Shown: positions 25,221-38,830, counted from the whole stretch's first letter. The stretch is DNA of 63,920 nucleotides, filler included, from Dicyema japonicum (GCA_011109175.1; 6 parts of 6 records of this genome joined end to end with filler, not necessarily neighbours in it); one strand, 5' to 3'. Program-made: numbers and translations. Notes: generated by a model not told the origin, from the letters alone.

Positions 25221-25689
25221 AAGTCGTTTTCGTTTCAAATAACTGGGGGAGTAATCGTTTTACCATTGCGTGAGTACAATACCTAATTTTCAAACAATCG
25301 ATGAGCTAGCACCTGAATCACTTATGCATTCATCGTGGGAATTCTTTCATATCTTCGGCCTCTTTATAGCGGATCTTTGTGACTGAGATTGGGTGAATTT
25401 TACATCTATAGAAGACGCTTTTTTGCAAAAAGAGGAATTCATTAAGAGTTAAATTTTTTGTTAAGTTCCCCTTATTTTAACCATAAATTGATCACAAAAC
25501 CTTCATACATCTAATGAGATGAAGACGACATGTCGACATCTCACTTGGGACAGCCACATATTTTGACTTTTTTTAAGAGCAAGAAAGAACAAGTTATCCA
25601 AAGCCAATTAATCCAATTGGAGACGAGAATCTCTAAGTGACGCTCAATACGTACGATGCTCTATAACGTTCCATCGGAATCATTTCATG

Positions 25690-25830
25690 TTTGGAAATTC
25701 CTGTTGATAATACGTCCATGACATCGTAACTTGTCAAATCCGGTCGGAGCTTCGGGAATAGACAGCACTGGTAATCGAACCCGCACCAACAAGTGAACTA
25801 CATATACTCAACCACTAGGCCAATCTGAGT
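25690..25830 (-). mobile_element. tRNA-derived SINE
   Basis: A box tggcctagtgg and B box ggttcgattacc. The body ttgacaagttacgatgtcatgga resembles ttgacgagtttcgccgtcatcatgga of the 12.6-kb SINE. Confidence 0.6.
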
Positions 25831-26379
25831 CTCTAATTAGTTTATAAAAATGTAACAATATATTTTTAATGATATTCCTGAAGGAACTGGGTAAGCTTGT
25901 CCATATTCACTACCACGCAGAATAATGCATATTTGCATGGCGAGAAGAGGGTCTATTGGCTGCAATTGTAGGCAGCTTTCTCCACGAGCAGGTGACCCAC
26001 GTGAAACCCTTTTTACAACTCGTCATCCCTAAGGTCGCTAAATCAAACGCAGTAGGTTAGGGACACCACAACCGACAATAAGATCAAAAACAGTGCCAGA
26101 AAAGAGATTGAAGTGACGTGATGAATTTCACCTAGGCTCTGGTAAGCAAAATATAGAGCACTCTTAGTAATCTCAAATATAGTTACTCCAGTAAATAGTG
26201 GTCTCCACTATTGAACCCATGATGTTGTCACTATCTAGTTACTTTCTTAATTACAGTGTTTGAACTCTAGCTGACCAGATAAAATGCTAGAAGAAATTTG
26301 GTCCCCGTGTCCGCATAGCTCTTACTCAGATATACAACCTTTCGATGAATGAATTTTGACAATATGGAGATTTTCGCAC

Positions 26380-26760
26380 ATCCATCCTATTTTGAAGTCA
26401 AAAGTGTCTCCTTTTTCGTAAAAGCCAACTTCCTAAATATACAAATTTTCGAAAGTCTTGGAGAAACTAGATTCGGTCATAGCATACCTTCCACTGGAAT
26501 CCTCCCAACACGTTCTTAAAAGAGATTTATCGACAACTACCAACTTATGAACTTTCAAAATATATTTTGGACGATTAAAAAATAATGTCGTTTTTTTCAA
26601 AATTCCATCCAATGACGTACTACAAGGATCTCCTTATCATTTTATTTTTCTCTTTGCATGATCTACAGTTCAATCTGACACTAATTCACATATACAACAT
26701 CATCCTAGCTAACAAAGAAAAATACGTGTGACAGCTATAGAAAAATTGGAACCTATTCTT
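26380..26760 (+). mobile_element. Highly degenerate LINE RT remnant
   Basis: PILKSK...FSKVLEKL...QHVLKRDLSTTT and NDVLQGSP. Confidence 0.55.
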
Positions 26761-27959
26761 AACCGGGTGAATGGCTGAACACTGCGAATACGGAGAAATA
26801 ATCTACAACAATTTTCAGATTCAATAAAACTAACTGACTATACCCCAAAACTTGTCTCTGTCGTAAAAGAAATCCACATTCGAGATCGCGTCAAACCTGA
26901 AGCTCAACTTTGTATAACTGATGCTTCTCAAAATCAAAAAAATCTATTATTTTAACTCTAGGATATATGTACATCTGAACATCGAGCCAAAAATCAGATC
27001 TAGTTGCCTGTGGAGCAAAACAAGTGAAAGCAAACATCTAAAAACTTGGCATAAGCTCTAGCTATCAGGAGACGTGTCTTGTAAATAACAAATAATCAAT
27101 TCTCGATTTAATGACTCAGTTAATCATCATTCAGCTTTTTGAACAGAGACATTTTTCACAGCCCTTTTGTAATGACCAAATCCACTGATTCTTGGTAGCT
27201 TGATTTGATACTACAGTTTTTGTTGTAACATAAATATCACTTCAATATTGATATTTTGTAGATTCACATAGAAATATTTTTTTATGGAATTCTTAACTAA
27301 AACAAATTGGATGGGAGTCACTATAATCAGCAAACAATCGTCATTTCTGCTCTGTGTTTATGAATTTACATATTTCCCATATCTTAAGATTTCTAATCCA
27401 GTGAGAGTGTGTGGTCCCAATACTCTCAATCTGGTAGAATCAATCTCAATAACTCTTGATATACTTGACTCAGTTTGGGATGTAAATAAGAAAGGGATCT
27501 TTTCAAGATGCCGACCGGGGTTTTAGGCGTCTCTTGCGTAAGGAAAATCCAATGACGTTTATATATATTGAAAAAAAGAAGAAGAGAAAGGAAATTATTG
27601 ACCAAATAGTCGGGAGTCTACAATCGACCAACTGCATTTTTGTTTTGATTTCTAACTTCATAGGGTTAGTATTAAAGATCAATGAGAAACTATCAATAAT
27701 ATGATATATTAAGGGTCCCTTACCTCCATGATTACTTCAAATGGAAGATATCCAGAACTGAGATAGTAGCCACAATGTATTACTAGTCAAAATCAACTTC
27801 ATCTATAATTATTAACAAATACAATTCAAGTTATACTGCAGGTAAGACATTCTAGTCGTGCATAACAACCCGATTTATGTTTACAGGACAGTGTAATGTC
27901 TCCTGGGTAAATCTTTTTGTCCACTTGCAAGATGAATTTAAATTATTTACTGAACCAGA

Positions 27960-28130
27960 AAATCACCGTCATAGCCAGCATGAAAAAAATCAGGTGATCC
28001 CGGCCTCCCTCAGCAGTCTTCACATGCTCGGACTTGAATGAAGTGATCCAGGGAGAACTCCTCTGGATGGTTGTTGACCAATGGTCCTTTTTGGATTATA
28101 TCTGGCGCCACCAGAGATGGTAAACCCACA
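27960..28130 (-). mobile_element. 3' terminal fragment of the GIT* LINE family
   Basis: ctgctgagggaggccgggatcacctga = LLREAGIT*, nearly identical to 48960..48990 on the minus strand. Confidence 0.55.
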
Positions 28131-28199
28131 TGAAGTACGCTAATAATTCACCTCATTGGAGCCAAAAAGGAAGAGGAGGAACATAAGAAACAAACAAAA

Positions 28200-28720
28200 A
28201 CTCTTCAATTCAAGTAGTCACATAGCATCACACTAACGTTGGCACCACGTGGCTAATCCAAATAATAGTAGCTTTCCTCTTACTTTGGTTAAATCTACAA
28301 AATTATAACTTATATTTTACCTTTCGACTTGTCCTTAAATCCAGGAGGTTCGTGGCCCACTTCGGACATGTTCTATGATGTATTTTCTGCATAAATCCCC
28401 CATTAAGGAATTGCAAAATTCCTTACCATTGTCTATATGTAAGATCAGTGGCGATCTGCCATAAAAAACATATTTTGATAGAACGCTATAATATCTTCTG
28501 CTCGATTATTTTTAGCCAGCTAAACCATAACATATTTTGAGAAAGAGTCCACAATAACCAAAATCTAAACTTTAATATCAGAAATCATAACTATGAATAT
28601 CAATCATTTTTCTGACTATCTCCATTAGTTCTATAAGTCTGCAATATAGCAATACCTTGGCCTTCTAGCTAAGATCGGTGTTATAGGCGGTTTCGTGTTC
28701 AGTAATTTCTTTGCCTGTGG
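28200..28720 (-). mobile_element. rve-type integrase remnant (Ginger/KRBA2/SCAND3-like or LTR pol)
   Basis: PITPILARRPRYCYIADL..IVDSFSKY..LILHIDNGKEFCNSLMGDLCRKY..HVRSGPRT..GQVER, with stops and frameshifts. Confidence 0.7.
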
Positions 28721-29264
28721 AAATAAAAAGTAAAAAATACCTGACAAAATAAACAATTTGAGATAACTGTCCAAATCAGATCCCTACCATCCCGTAATAC
28801 TCCGCCTAATTTTTGAAAATAGTCTGTCTCTAACGAAGTGATTATAATTATGTTCTGACTAGTAAATTGTGAATTTAAGGTATAACTCTATTGTTCTATT
28901 ATTAACATAATTCCTGTTCTATACAAAAAAACCGTAGATTTTTACCTTTTTTAAAATATAGACCTTCTCGTGGAAAATAATTTTTTAGAGAGTTCTTAGA
29001 TGAAATCTGTCAAGTGGACTAATGTCTCCTCCATTGATTGCCCAAGTGTCGTTGTTGATAGACTATTGTCGTATTGACTGACTATTTTCGTTAGTGATTG
29101 ACGGAGTTTCGTTATTGATAGGAAAACCCTATATTAGTGATTTCCTTTAATTTCTTTAATTTTTCTTAGTTAATCACACTATACGCATTTGTTCACGATA
29201 AATAAATTAATTAATTTTGTTGATTAATTATTTAATTTTATAGATATATTTTAATATTGAACAT

Positions 29265-29590
29265 TTACAAGCAATGCATCGAACCATGCTTCTCGAACGC
29301 GTGTGCTTCGTGGGGACCTTCATTATCATGGACGAAAACTAAGAAAATCTAGGACGTTCAAAAAAAGGCTTTCATAATGACGGAGCGGTGTCTTGTGGGA
29401 GACACAGAACCGGACCTACTCTGAGGCCCTCATTAAACAAAACTCCGGCATGCAGGAAGGTGGCTCTGCAAATACAGTCAGCCGCCCATTACGAGGGTAC
29501 GAGGAGGAGCACCGGGAAAGAATGAGGATTTTGGCGGAGCGCATCGGAATCACGTGATATTTAGTTTTGGTTTTACCGTGGTCTTAACAC
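29265..29590 (+). mobile_element. 5'-truncated LINE (GIT* family) 3' end
   Basis: YKQCIEPCFSNACASWGPSLSWTKTKKI*DVQKKA ... EEEHRERMRILAERIGIT*, which links the GIT* 3' end to the RT-thumb fragments. Confidence 0.7.
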
Positions 29591-30719
29591 CATTTTGTTT
29601 TATGGTGACGAGTTCTAGAATGGATTAATTATCCATGATTGAGCTGTACTTAACAAATATTGTATGCTAGAGGTTAAATAAATAAGATTACAATATTAGG
29701 TTTTTTAAGCGGGAAACTAGAAACTTAACGTGACTGAACTATATCTTCTCAAGAAAAGTGCTGATTTATCATCCAATTTCTTGAGCATATATGAACTGAC
29801 TGATTAATGCACTTAATCCATGGTTATGATGTGGAATTTTGCCTTGGATAAAATTAAGGGATCTGAGTATATTTAAGAAGAAATGACATATTCTGGTAGG
29901 TTCCTTTATTAATTTGCTATTATACTATGAGCAGCACAGAATATCATCGTATCTATTATTGAATGTGCCTGCTCCGCCTGAGGTTTGCGATTCCCCCTTC
30001 GAGGGTGGACCGTTTGAAATCCCTTAGGCGGAGAATTATGCACCACACAGACATCACCATTGGAGACCTCGTTTCTGATGAGGCAACGTTGCAAAATGGC
30101 CAGGGTTTTTTTAAATAACTTCCACATTTCCCATAAGCATATCAATACTTTGGGTTACGCTTTACCGTATTCCATACTACTTTCTCAGCCAGTATCTTCA
30201 ATAGACAGACTAAGTATCGTAAAGATACAGTACTCCTATCAAGTACTACATATACACTAGCGGAGACATTTCCGAAATACCTTAGAATTGTTAACGGATC
30301 ATATGGAGAGAATTTGATCCTTATTGGATGCTGGGGTCACTTAATAGCTAGTTTTTTACACATTTATTTCTTGGCAATCTATGTGGTATAATAAATGTAA
30401 GTAAAACTGAAAAGCAGCTTCCTGCAAGTTTCTTTTTACGTAATATTTTCTATATTTTTTGGTAGTAGTAAAGGAAAATACCCAGAAAAGTCTTGTAAGC
30501 ATGTAATGTCAAACTTATTAAAGGGAAATCAAATTTGATAGTGACACCTAGACAAAAGATTCTATGTTTTTTGTAGTTACAAATGTGTTGGAAAAATCGC
30601 CACGATATTTTCTAACAGCAGTTATAACCTTTTCAGTTGCCTCCTTGTTAGTTTCACAACCTCACAAACATATAAGAGTCAGAGTGTCATAAATAATGAA
30701 ATAAAAAATTTCAAAGAAC

Positions 30720-32220
30720 ACGGTAACACCAAACTAACTAATCACATGATCCCAACACGTCCCAAGAGAGACTTCAGCAGGATGTTCTTTCTACAAACCC
30801 ATGTAAGTCCCTGTCGACAGTATAACTGAATCTTCGTAGTCGCAATGGCACGTGCCTCGGTTCTTAAAGATTCCAGTAATGAAGACTGAAACTTTCCAGA
30901 AGTCCATTGTTTCGAAATTTTTGAAGCCCTTTTTAGCTAGCTTCGATTTTAATGGAACATAGTACTTCACAATGTCATGGCTCTCCATGTCCATTTAAAT
31001 GTGGAGAGCATTTCTTGGGCTTCCTGATCGATTTCCATAATACAGTAGAGGAAGTATTATTCCTAGCTTTTCTAAGCATGGATTGCCAACGTTCTTTGTT
31101 GTGTTTTGTTATGTTCCGCGTGATTTCTTTATTTGGTTTTGATATTCTTTCAGTTACTTCCACATATTGTCTTTAGAGGTTCTTCAGATTATTTCTCGTT
31201 TTTTGAGAGCTCGCGTTTCAGCATTAATTGGGTGTGATTGACGTTGATGACGACTTGGAGTATATGCGAGCTTGGAGTATAATCTCGTTAAGGTTGATAG
31301 ATCCAAAGTTATCTATCCGGAAGGCCTGAAGGTGTAGTTCGATAAAATAGCGGGCCAAATTACCTTTGAGACTGTTGGACACAACCACATTCTTAGCGAG
31401 ATAGCGATTTTTCGGAAATTGTTTAGATCTCTGCGTCCATTAGAATATTTTAGATCGATGTTCATTATTGATGTCAAATTTGTTTCCTGACTTCCTTCTA
31501 AAAAGCCCTGAACAGAGGATAATGATTCCAAAATAGCGTATGCAGGAACGACATGATTTATCCGTATTATATGCCGAAATAATCCCCATCGGAGCTTAGT
31601 AATCATTTTATCCAGGTTTTTTATCACGATTTGGTAGTGTATTCCTAGTGGAGTCATTAGTTGTTTTCTGTCGAAAGCAATAAGTTATCAACACATGTTC
31701 GAGTTAGTCCCCACGTACCCGAGATGTAGAGCAGTATGAGTAGAAGAATTCACTGCATAGTCGTACTTTTACTTGTCTTAACATGCGCGAATCTCAGACG
31801 TGTATTGTTGAACTTCCTTCAGGTCGCTAACAAAGACCGGACTTTATTTGCTCACCTTCAAATCTCATCGGTGAGTTGCTTTCCCATTTGATTGTATTAA
31901 CCTCGATTTTTGTTCGTTTTTTTTAAGGAATCACTCTCCAAACACCATATGAGCATGAATAAGAGCAGTTCTGAAATTATCGATACCTCTAAAACAAAAT
32001 CCAGGTCATCCGCATATATTAATTCCTGGATAGAAGTAGGACAAATTCTCAAATCACGAAGAAGCTTCAGTTGAACAAGAGAATTGTTTAACTGAGTGAG
32101 TTACCTTCTGAAGCAATTGCATATTAATTTTGCGAGAGCGCTCAGAGTCAACCCAGACTTTCAATTCTGTTTTTGAAAGAAGAAACCGTATCATCCTTAA
32201 ACTGTCCTCGTTAAGCAAAG
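30720..32220 (-). mobile_element. RTE-like LINE remnant
   Basis: IYADDLDF near 32020; KLRWGLFRHIIRINHVVPAY; TCHCDYEDSV zinc-knuckle-like C-terminus. Confidence 0.75.
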
Positions 32221-32327
32221 TTATAGCCTATCTTCAGAATTCATGTAAAATTGATTTTTGCGCAAATTGATATGTAATTAAACATTATTCAAAAAATATT
32301 AATTTTTTGACAAATTTTTAAACACTT

Positions 32328-34010
32328 TGACAAATTTATTTAACTTTATGGTAAATTATTGAACACGTCGGAAAATCATGTTAATTGTGTGAATTTAATT
32401 AAATTATTTTTTAATTTTATTTATTAATAAAATTAATATTATTTAAGACGACTGCTAATTTCTTGTTGTTACACGTAAATTCATTATTTTGATGTTTAAT
32501 TTTATAGCTGTTCACTTTTCTCATCTTGAACTTCTCATTTTACATTCTGATAACACAGAAAAATTTCCAAGACGAAGTAATAGATCGTTGATATCTTCGT
32601 TAAAACCAATAACGCCTGGAGTCCAAGTGTTTCGTTTTACTGTGATCTTTATCGGTAGGGAAGATTAACTTCCTTGTGTGTGTTTTGATCTTTCGATCCT
32701 TTCGTAATCTTCCACAAGAAGTTGCATGAACTTTTGTGTCGAGATGGTTCCATTTTGGATTATATTGTAGTAATCGCAGTGGAATGAAGATGTTCCTAAT
32801 AGACTCAATAGTCCCATCATCGTTCTCAACTGTTTGAAAATATTAATCTTCCTTTTGACAGTAAGCATGTGAGAGCAATGCTTGTGATTAAAGTCCCTAT
32901 ATGAATTGTGATAATGCTCACATCATTCTGCATAAATCTGAGGAAAACTGACCATTTAATAACACCAATCATTCGATTAATTCTTTAATCGATTTTGAAA
33001 TGATATTATTCTTTCCGAGGCAAGAGAGCGAATCAGGATATTATTTAAATCACGATTTCAATTAATTAACACCAATTTATATCCCTGAAAAATAACCGAT
33101 CAGGTTAGTTTAAGTTTTGCATTAAACTCCGCAAATCCCAAGTACATTGTTCTTGTCCCTAATGGCACTGCAGTCTGAAATACATTATTAATTACGTTTT
33201 TCTTCTATCGGCGTGTTGCCTACTCTAAATGTATTACATTCGAACATCTACAAGTGATTATCTTCAATATGTATTGAATGACGAGATTGTGCCATATGTC
33301 TATACTAAATATGATATCATACGCTTCTGGATTATCAAATGGAATCTTGCACACGATAACACTATATTATTAACAATGCTTATGCAATTCAACAAAATTA
33401 GAACCAATTCTAAAAATTTGAATAACTTTTATTTTTTGAGGAAAGATACTACGTAAATTACAAAAAAATGTACACAGATTCGAGTAATGATAAATGTTCA
33501 GCAAAATCGATTGTTATGAATGTGAAGGAATTACATACTTGCAAAAGTCTATACTATAAAAATAAATACAGCAAGTCGTAAATGCTAGATGGGATTTTGT
33601 TTGTTTACAGATTTTAAACTCATGATTCTGACAGTTACTATGAAAAATTAATATTTAATACACATTCTGTAAATTCATTCCCATAACTGAAAAATTGACA
33701 TCATGTTGAAATTTAATGTAATCTTAATTCATATATTTGAGAATCAGAGTATACGCCAGAAAATTGACATTCATTCCAGTTCTGAATAATCATTGTTTAT
33801 ACAGAGAACCACGATCCATTACTTCGTTTTGGCAATTTTTCTGTGTTGTCAAAATGTAAAAATGAGAAGTACAACATGAACCAATAAATTACAGTCGTTA
33901 TAAATAATTCTAATTTTATTAATAAATAAAATAAAAAAAATAATTTAATTAAATTCACACAATTAACATGGTTTTTCGACGTGTTCAATAATAGTTAAAT
34001 AAATTTGTCA
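32328..34010. repeat. Long imperfect inverted repeat pair (32328..32587 and 33812..34010) enclosing about 1.2 kb
   Basis: tgacaaatttatttaact...gaacacgtcg.aaa.catgttaattgtgtgaatttaattaaattatttt...gaagtaat.gatcg is present on opposite strands. The left arm has an insertion of about 60 bp. Confidence 0.85.
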
Positions 34011-34414
34011 GTGTCTAATAACTTTACCATAATGTTCAACATTTGTGTTAAGGCGCAGATGATGAATACTTAAAACTAGCTGAAAAAATAGTATGGAATA
34101 ATGTAAAGCGAAAGCCACGTATTCATATGCTTATGGAAAATGTGGAAGTGCTTTTTTAACTAACTGAATAACTAAACAAATTTTTAACGTTCTTTTTCAA
34201 TAAGTAAGTGAAAATTAGTCCCTGATTTAGTTGAGATCCAAAAATCAGAACTTTAAATTAATTATACAAAAAAATTATTTTATATTTGATTATTTTTATT
34301 AAAATAAATCAATGGAACAAACTCTAGACACTTTTTTTATTTTTGTAGTTCAACTTAGACAAAAACTCGATAAAATAACATCTTACATAATATGAAAATA
34401 ACTCATTCATTTAG

Positions 34415-36300
34415 TTACTTATGAATTAATTTCGTTTTTTCAGCATCTCGAGGTTTTCCGGCAAGGATAGGTTTAATCGCAGGCTTAGTAGCCATTAGAT
34501 TTTTCGACTAACAGTGGAAACACTTTATATCAATTTTGTCGACCTCAAATCTCGAATTTCCGTAAATTCTACTTTTTGGGAGACTGCATAGTAAATCGCA
34601 TTCGAAATCGATGTTCATATTACTATCATACCGCTTATTATGGAGTGATGAAAATAATGACACGATTGATGACGTCATCGACAAATTGGACCCACTCGTA
34701 GTCTAAATCATGTAAAAGAAACAAACCTCATTTCTACAATCGTCCGCCTGAAGGCCAATCAGTGAGTAATAAAGCTGTTGTCTAAGGTCATTAATATTGT
34801 TATTATTGAAGACAAAGTTATTGACATCAGCAGACCACAAGACATCAAGTAAATCATCACTCTATAGTTATATATTAAAGTTAACCCAATAGAGACAATC
34901 ATAGAACAAATCAAACCACCCAATATCATAATGGGGGTGACATATTGTGGTAAGGCAGTGATCTTTTGGGTTTATTATGTAGGATTTTATGTTAAAACGA
35001 TAATCATGAACCAAAACAGGCCACAAGCAACACCGAATAAAGGCAGTGCTTTTCGACTCAGATTCCAAGTCTTCGGAATTAACGAAGGACATTCCTCCCA
35101 AAACATCTACAATAGAGGATATACAAAACCTTGGTAATTACGGGTAAACAGAGAAGGTAAGCTATCAGCCATCAAAGAGAAACATTTCTTTGACCACAAT
35201 AGCACACGTGACGTCTGGGAAGATTCAGAGCAATAATTGATCAATTTTATGACTGAATCAGATTCAGTCTTAGTCTTTAAGGGTTTTGGACTCCCAAATG
35301 CCTCTAAAATCTTTCCTTGTAGTAAAGAAATGTCAGTTTGGTGGAGTATATAGTCTTTTTTATAATAATCCACCAACAAATCGGGGGACATGTCACTAAA
35401 ATAATGTCACATAAATAACCAAATAACAGTATGGAACCCCGATGTATACAGAATCAACCCGAGAAGATATCTTCTAGTACAAATTGGTGTAATCTCAGCC
35501 AAGGAAGGAAGCTGAGAGACAACGTAAATAAGACAAAATATCCACTTCACAGCCTAAATAACCAAAACGCAAAAACCTGTCCAAACTCCGCCAAACCAGG
35601 CTTATTGCTATTTTCCACTAAATTAACCAAAAGCTCGTTGATTTTGACAATAAATTTGTAAAAGTCACAAAATTGTTCATCTAAAAGTTAAAATAATAAA
35701 ACCATAAGGCCTCTTAAATTCTTGTAATGTCATTCTGAGCTGAATGAGGCAACAAAGAAGGTGATATCTACCAATATAAGATACAACTACCTGTAGAACA
35801 CGCGTTCATTCTCATCAAATATTGATAAATCTGAGTTCTCATGAGGTGTTACTTTCAATGTGGGGTTCATATTACAGTCAATACAACTCAACTCTTAAGA
35901 ATAAGGCACATAGTTAAACCTTCAAATTGATTCGTTGGCAGTGCAGAGAAATTAAAATTCTTAAGAAAATCCTCAATTGATGAAACAAGCCATGTTACAA
36001 ACTGATTTGTTCGTGGCAAAAACATCCTCATCAAATCCAACTCACGGAAATACGAGAGTCGCCCGAAAGCCACGAAAATGTGCTGTAATAGCTCAGCCCT
36101 CGATCCCAAGGAAGTGGTGACGTTGTCAGCTCTAGGAACAGTAAATTCAGTCATGAACCTCAAAAGTTGGTAAAGTGGGGATATTTTCCGATAAAAAGTG
36201 AAAGTCGAGCTGTCCATTAATATTTCATTAATAGACAGGTCACCAATTTCTTCCTTAGAAAACAAATGAGAGGAGATAGACAACACCAGAGTTAAGATAA
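34415..36300 (-). CDS. Multi-exon membrane protein with a possible ANF-receptor-type ectodomain (5' end in gap)
   Basis: ORFs 35888..36286 and 35107..35391 join through consecutive 22-26 nt GT-AG introns (FE|ELSCIDC..FYR|YHLL..PY|DEQF..FGQ|AVKW..VIC|DMSPDLL..YQ|DVLGGMSF). Then a TM (PIMILGGLICSMIVSIGLTLIYNYR) and a Ser-rich tail. The 3' parse needs one frameshift. Confidence 0.55.
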
Positions 36301-36839
36301 NNNNNNNNNNNNNNNNNNNNNNNNNNNNNNNNNNNNNNNNNNNNTTAATTAATTAANNNNNNNNNNNNNNNNNNNNNNNNNNNNNNNNNNNNNNNNNNNN
36401 ATAGTGTCCGGGCTGATGAGACCAGATTTATCATATGAAAACATTAACAAACACTCATTCTTGTTTCAATAGAAACAAATTAGAGAGATGTTAAAATCCT
36501 CAAGGAAAAGACCCCGAAAATAAGGCTGCTTTATAGGGATTCCGAGAAAATATTTACGTAATGTCATTATTATTGAGATATTTATAAGTTATAACATACA
36601 TACGACAAGATTAAATTAAGTAAGTCAAAATAATAATAATATTTAAAATATCAAAAGAAGTATTAAAATATGTGATATAAACTACAAATGACTCAAATAT
36701 CGATTATTTAAAGGTATAATCAAATTCTTAATTGATACAAACAGTATCATCTATTTTTATGCATTTTTTGAAAATTTTCGCCTGCACTCTCTATTGCTTA
36801 TGATGTTTGATGATCTAATTCACTTTCTATACGAGAAAA

Positions 36840-36990
36840 TCCCAAATTTTGACCCTAAAACTAACTTTAGTTCTAACCCAAATTCGAATACAAACCCTAA
36901 TCATATTTTGACTTTAAACCCTAACATCAACCAAACCTAATTTAAACCCTAACATAAACCTTTATTCTAACTCTAATTCTAACCCTAGCT
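36840..36990. repeat. Degenerate telomere-like (TAACCC-related) repeat tract
   Basis: Several aaaccctaa, aacctaa, aactctaa and ttctaa units at irregular spacing. Confidence 0.5.
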
Positions 36991-37039
36991 GTAGATCAAA
37001 TGTTATTAAAAATAAACAAGTGTCACAAGACTAATTTGA

Positions 37040-37660
37040 CCCACTGTATGATCCCGACCTTAACACCAATCTTTCCCTAACGCAAACTCCAACTGATTAT
37101 TAAAAATTTTAATAAAAGGAAATTATTATCAGAAAATCTTTTTTTTATCCGGGATTTTGCGACCTTTTTTGTTTCTTCGGTGGAAACGTTCTTAACAAGA
37201 ACAAAATGCAGATGTTCNTAATTTGACCCACTGTATGATCCCGACCTTAACACCAATCTTTTCCTAACGCAAACTCCAACTGATTATTAAAAATTTTAAT
37301 AAAAGGAAATTATTATCAGAAAATCTTTTTTTTATCCGGGGTTCTGCGACCTTTTTTGTTTCTTCGATGGAAACGCCCTTAACAAAAACAAAATGTAGAT
37401 GTTCTTCAATAACGACATATTGCTCTTTTTCAAAAAAACTTTCCAATTCATGTTTTTTTGTATTCACGCTGTTATAAAAATCAGATTTAATAAAAACAGT
37501 ATCGCCGATTTTTATATGCGTTTTTTGGANAAACTTTCCGATGCATGTTTTTTTGTTTTCACGTTGTTATCAAAATCAGATTTGATAAAAACAGTATCGC
37601 CGATTTTTATATGCGTTTTTTGGAAATTTGTGTTGGCGTTTTCTTTTACTTTTTTTTGGT
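37040..37660 (-). mobile_element. Possible integrase C-terminal remnant with direct duplications
   Basis: THIKIGDTVFIKSDFDNNVKTKKH..SFFEKEQYVVIEE occurs twice, and about 180 bp is duplicated across the n near 37219. Confidence 0.3.
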
Positions 37661-37998
37661 AATTTTTAAAATACTCCGATGTTTAATGTTCTGATTCAAT
37701 TTCAGTACTTTCAATAGGACAAATTCTTTGAATTTCATCCTCCGATAAATACTCAGTTCTTTCGACTGATGATTCGATTTCTTTATTATCAAACAAAGAA
37801 ACACTATTGAATCCCNATAATCACTGATAATATTTTTGAACAAATCCAATTTAGCATATTAAGTATACTAGGTCCTTTTTTACATGTATGGGCCATTTCA
37901 AGCCTAAGAGAGTCCAGAGTTGCCTTTTAGGAATTCAGAGCATTCTTGGTAAATTTAAATTTGGTACTTAATAAAAAACTTAAATAAGTAAGTAATTA

Positions 37999-38830
37999 CA
38001 GTAAAATCTCTCGAATCCGCTGCTTCTCGAATCCGCCGTTTCTCGAATCCGCTTGTTTTAGTCAAAAATATTGAATTTCCTATGGAAGATTCTCGAATCC
38101 GCCTGTTTCTCGAATCCGCCGATTTTTTGGCGAAATTGATGAGAAACTGGTAGCGTGGATTAACCTAATGGAGTCAAAGGGAGCAATTTTGTCTGATTCA
38201 ATAATCATTTCAAAGGCTCTTAAATTTGGAGAAAATGATGGAGCATTTAAAGAAGCCGTGGATGGCTAGAAAAGTTCAAGACCCGAAATGGTCTTAAGCT
38301 AAGAAAACATCACGGCGATATGGGATCAATTAATCATAATGAAAAATCCATTACTGATTTCAACGACATAATCAGTTTAAAAATTAAACAATATGGATTG
38401 GATAACGTCTATAATGCTGATGAAACCGGTGTTTTTTTACAAGGAAATTCCTTCGAAAAGTGTATGTACAAAATCAAGGCCTGGAATAAAGTTGTCGAAG
38501 GATCGATTTTCATTATTATGTGCAAATTGTTCCGGTGATAGGAAGATTCAAAAATCCTAGATGTTTCAAAAATTTTAACATCGGAAATTATGTTACGTAC
38601 ACATATTCGAACAAAGCATGGATGAACACATGATCACAAAAATATTATGAAAATTGGCGAACTGCTTAGAAAATCAAATAAAAAAGATAATTTTTTATAT
38701 TTATTATTTATATAAATGAAATTTTAAAGATTGTATAGATTTTAAAGATTGTAACTTTCAATTAGAATTGATTATTTAAAATTTAAATTGTCTCTCGAAT
38801 CCGCCGATTTTTTGGCCGGTCCCAAAATCG
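37999..38830 (+). mobile_element. Tigger/pogo (CENP-B-like) DNA transposon remnant
   Basis: TA|CAGTAAAATCTCTCGAATCCGC left end with repeated ctcgaatccgc motifs. EIDEKLVAWI..GWLEKFKTRNGL HTH, VYNADETG and SNKAWMN motifs. No right TIR seen. Confidence 0.85.

Noticed and set aside
29909-30700. Weak gag zinc-knuckle (GHFA) and BED-finger-like (CKH..NL..HL) fragments
   Set aside because: Only a few residues match; cannot be supported without an HMM search.
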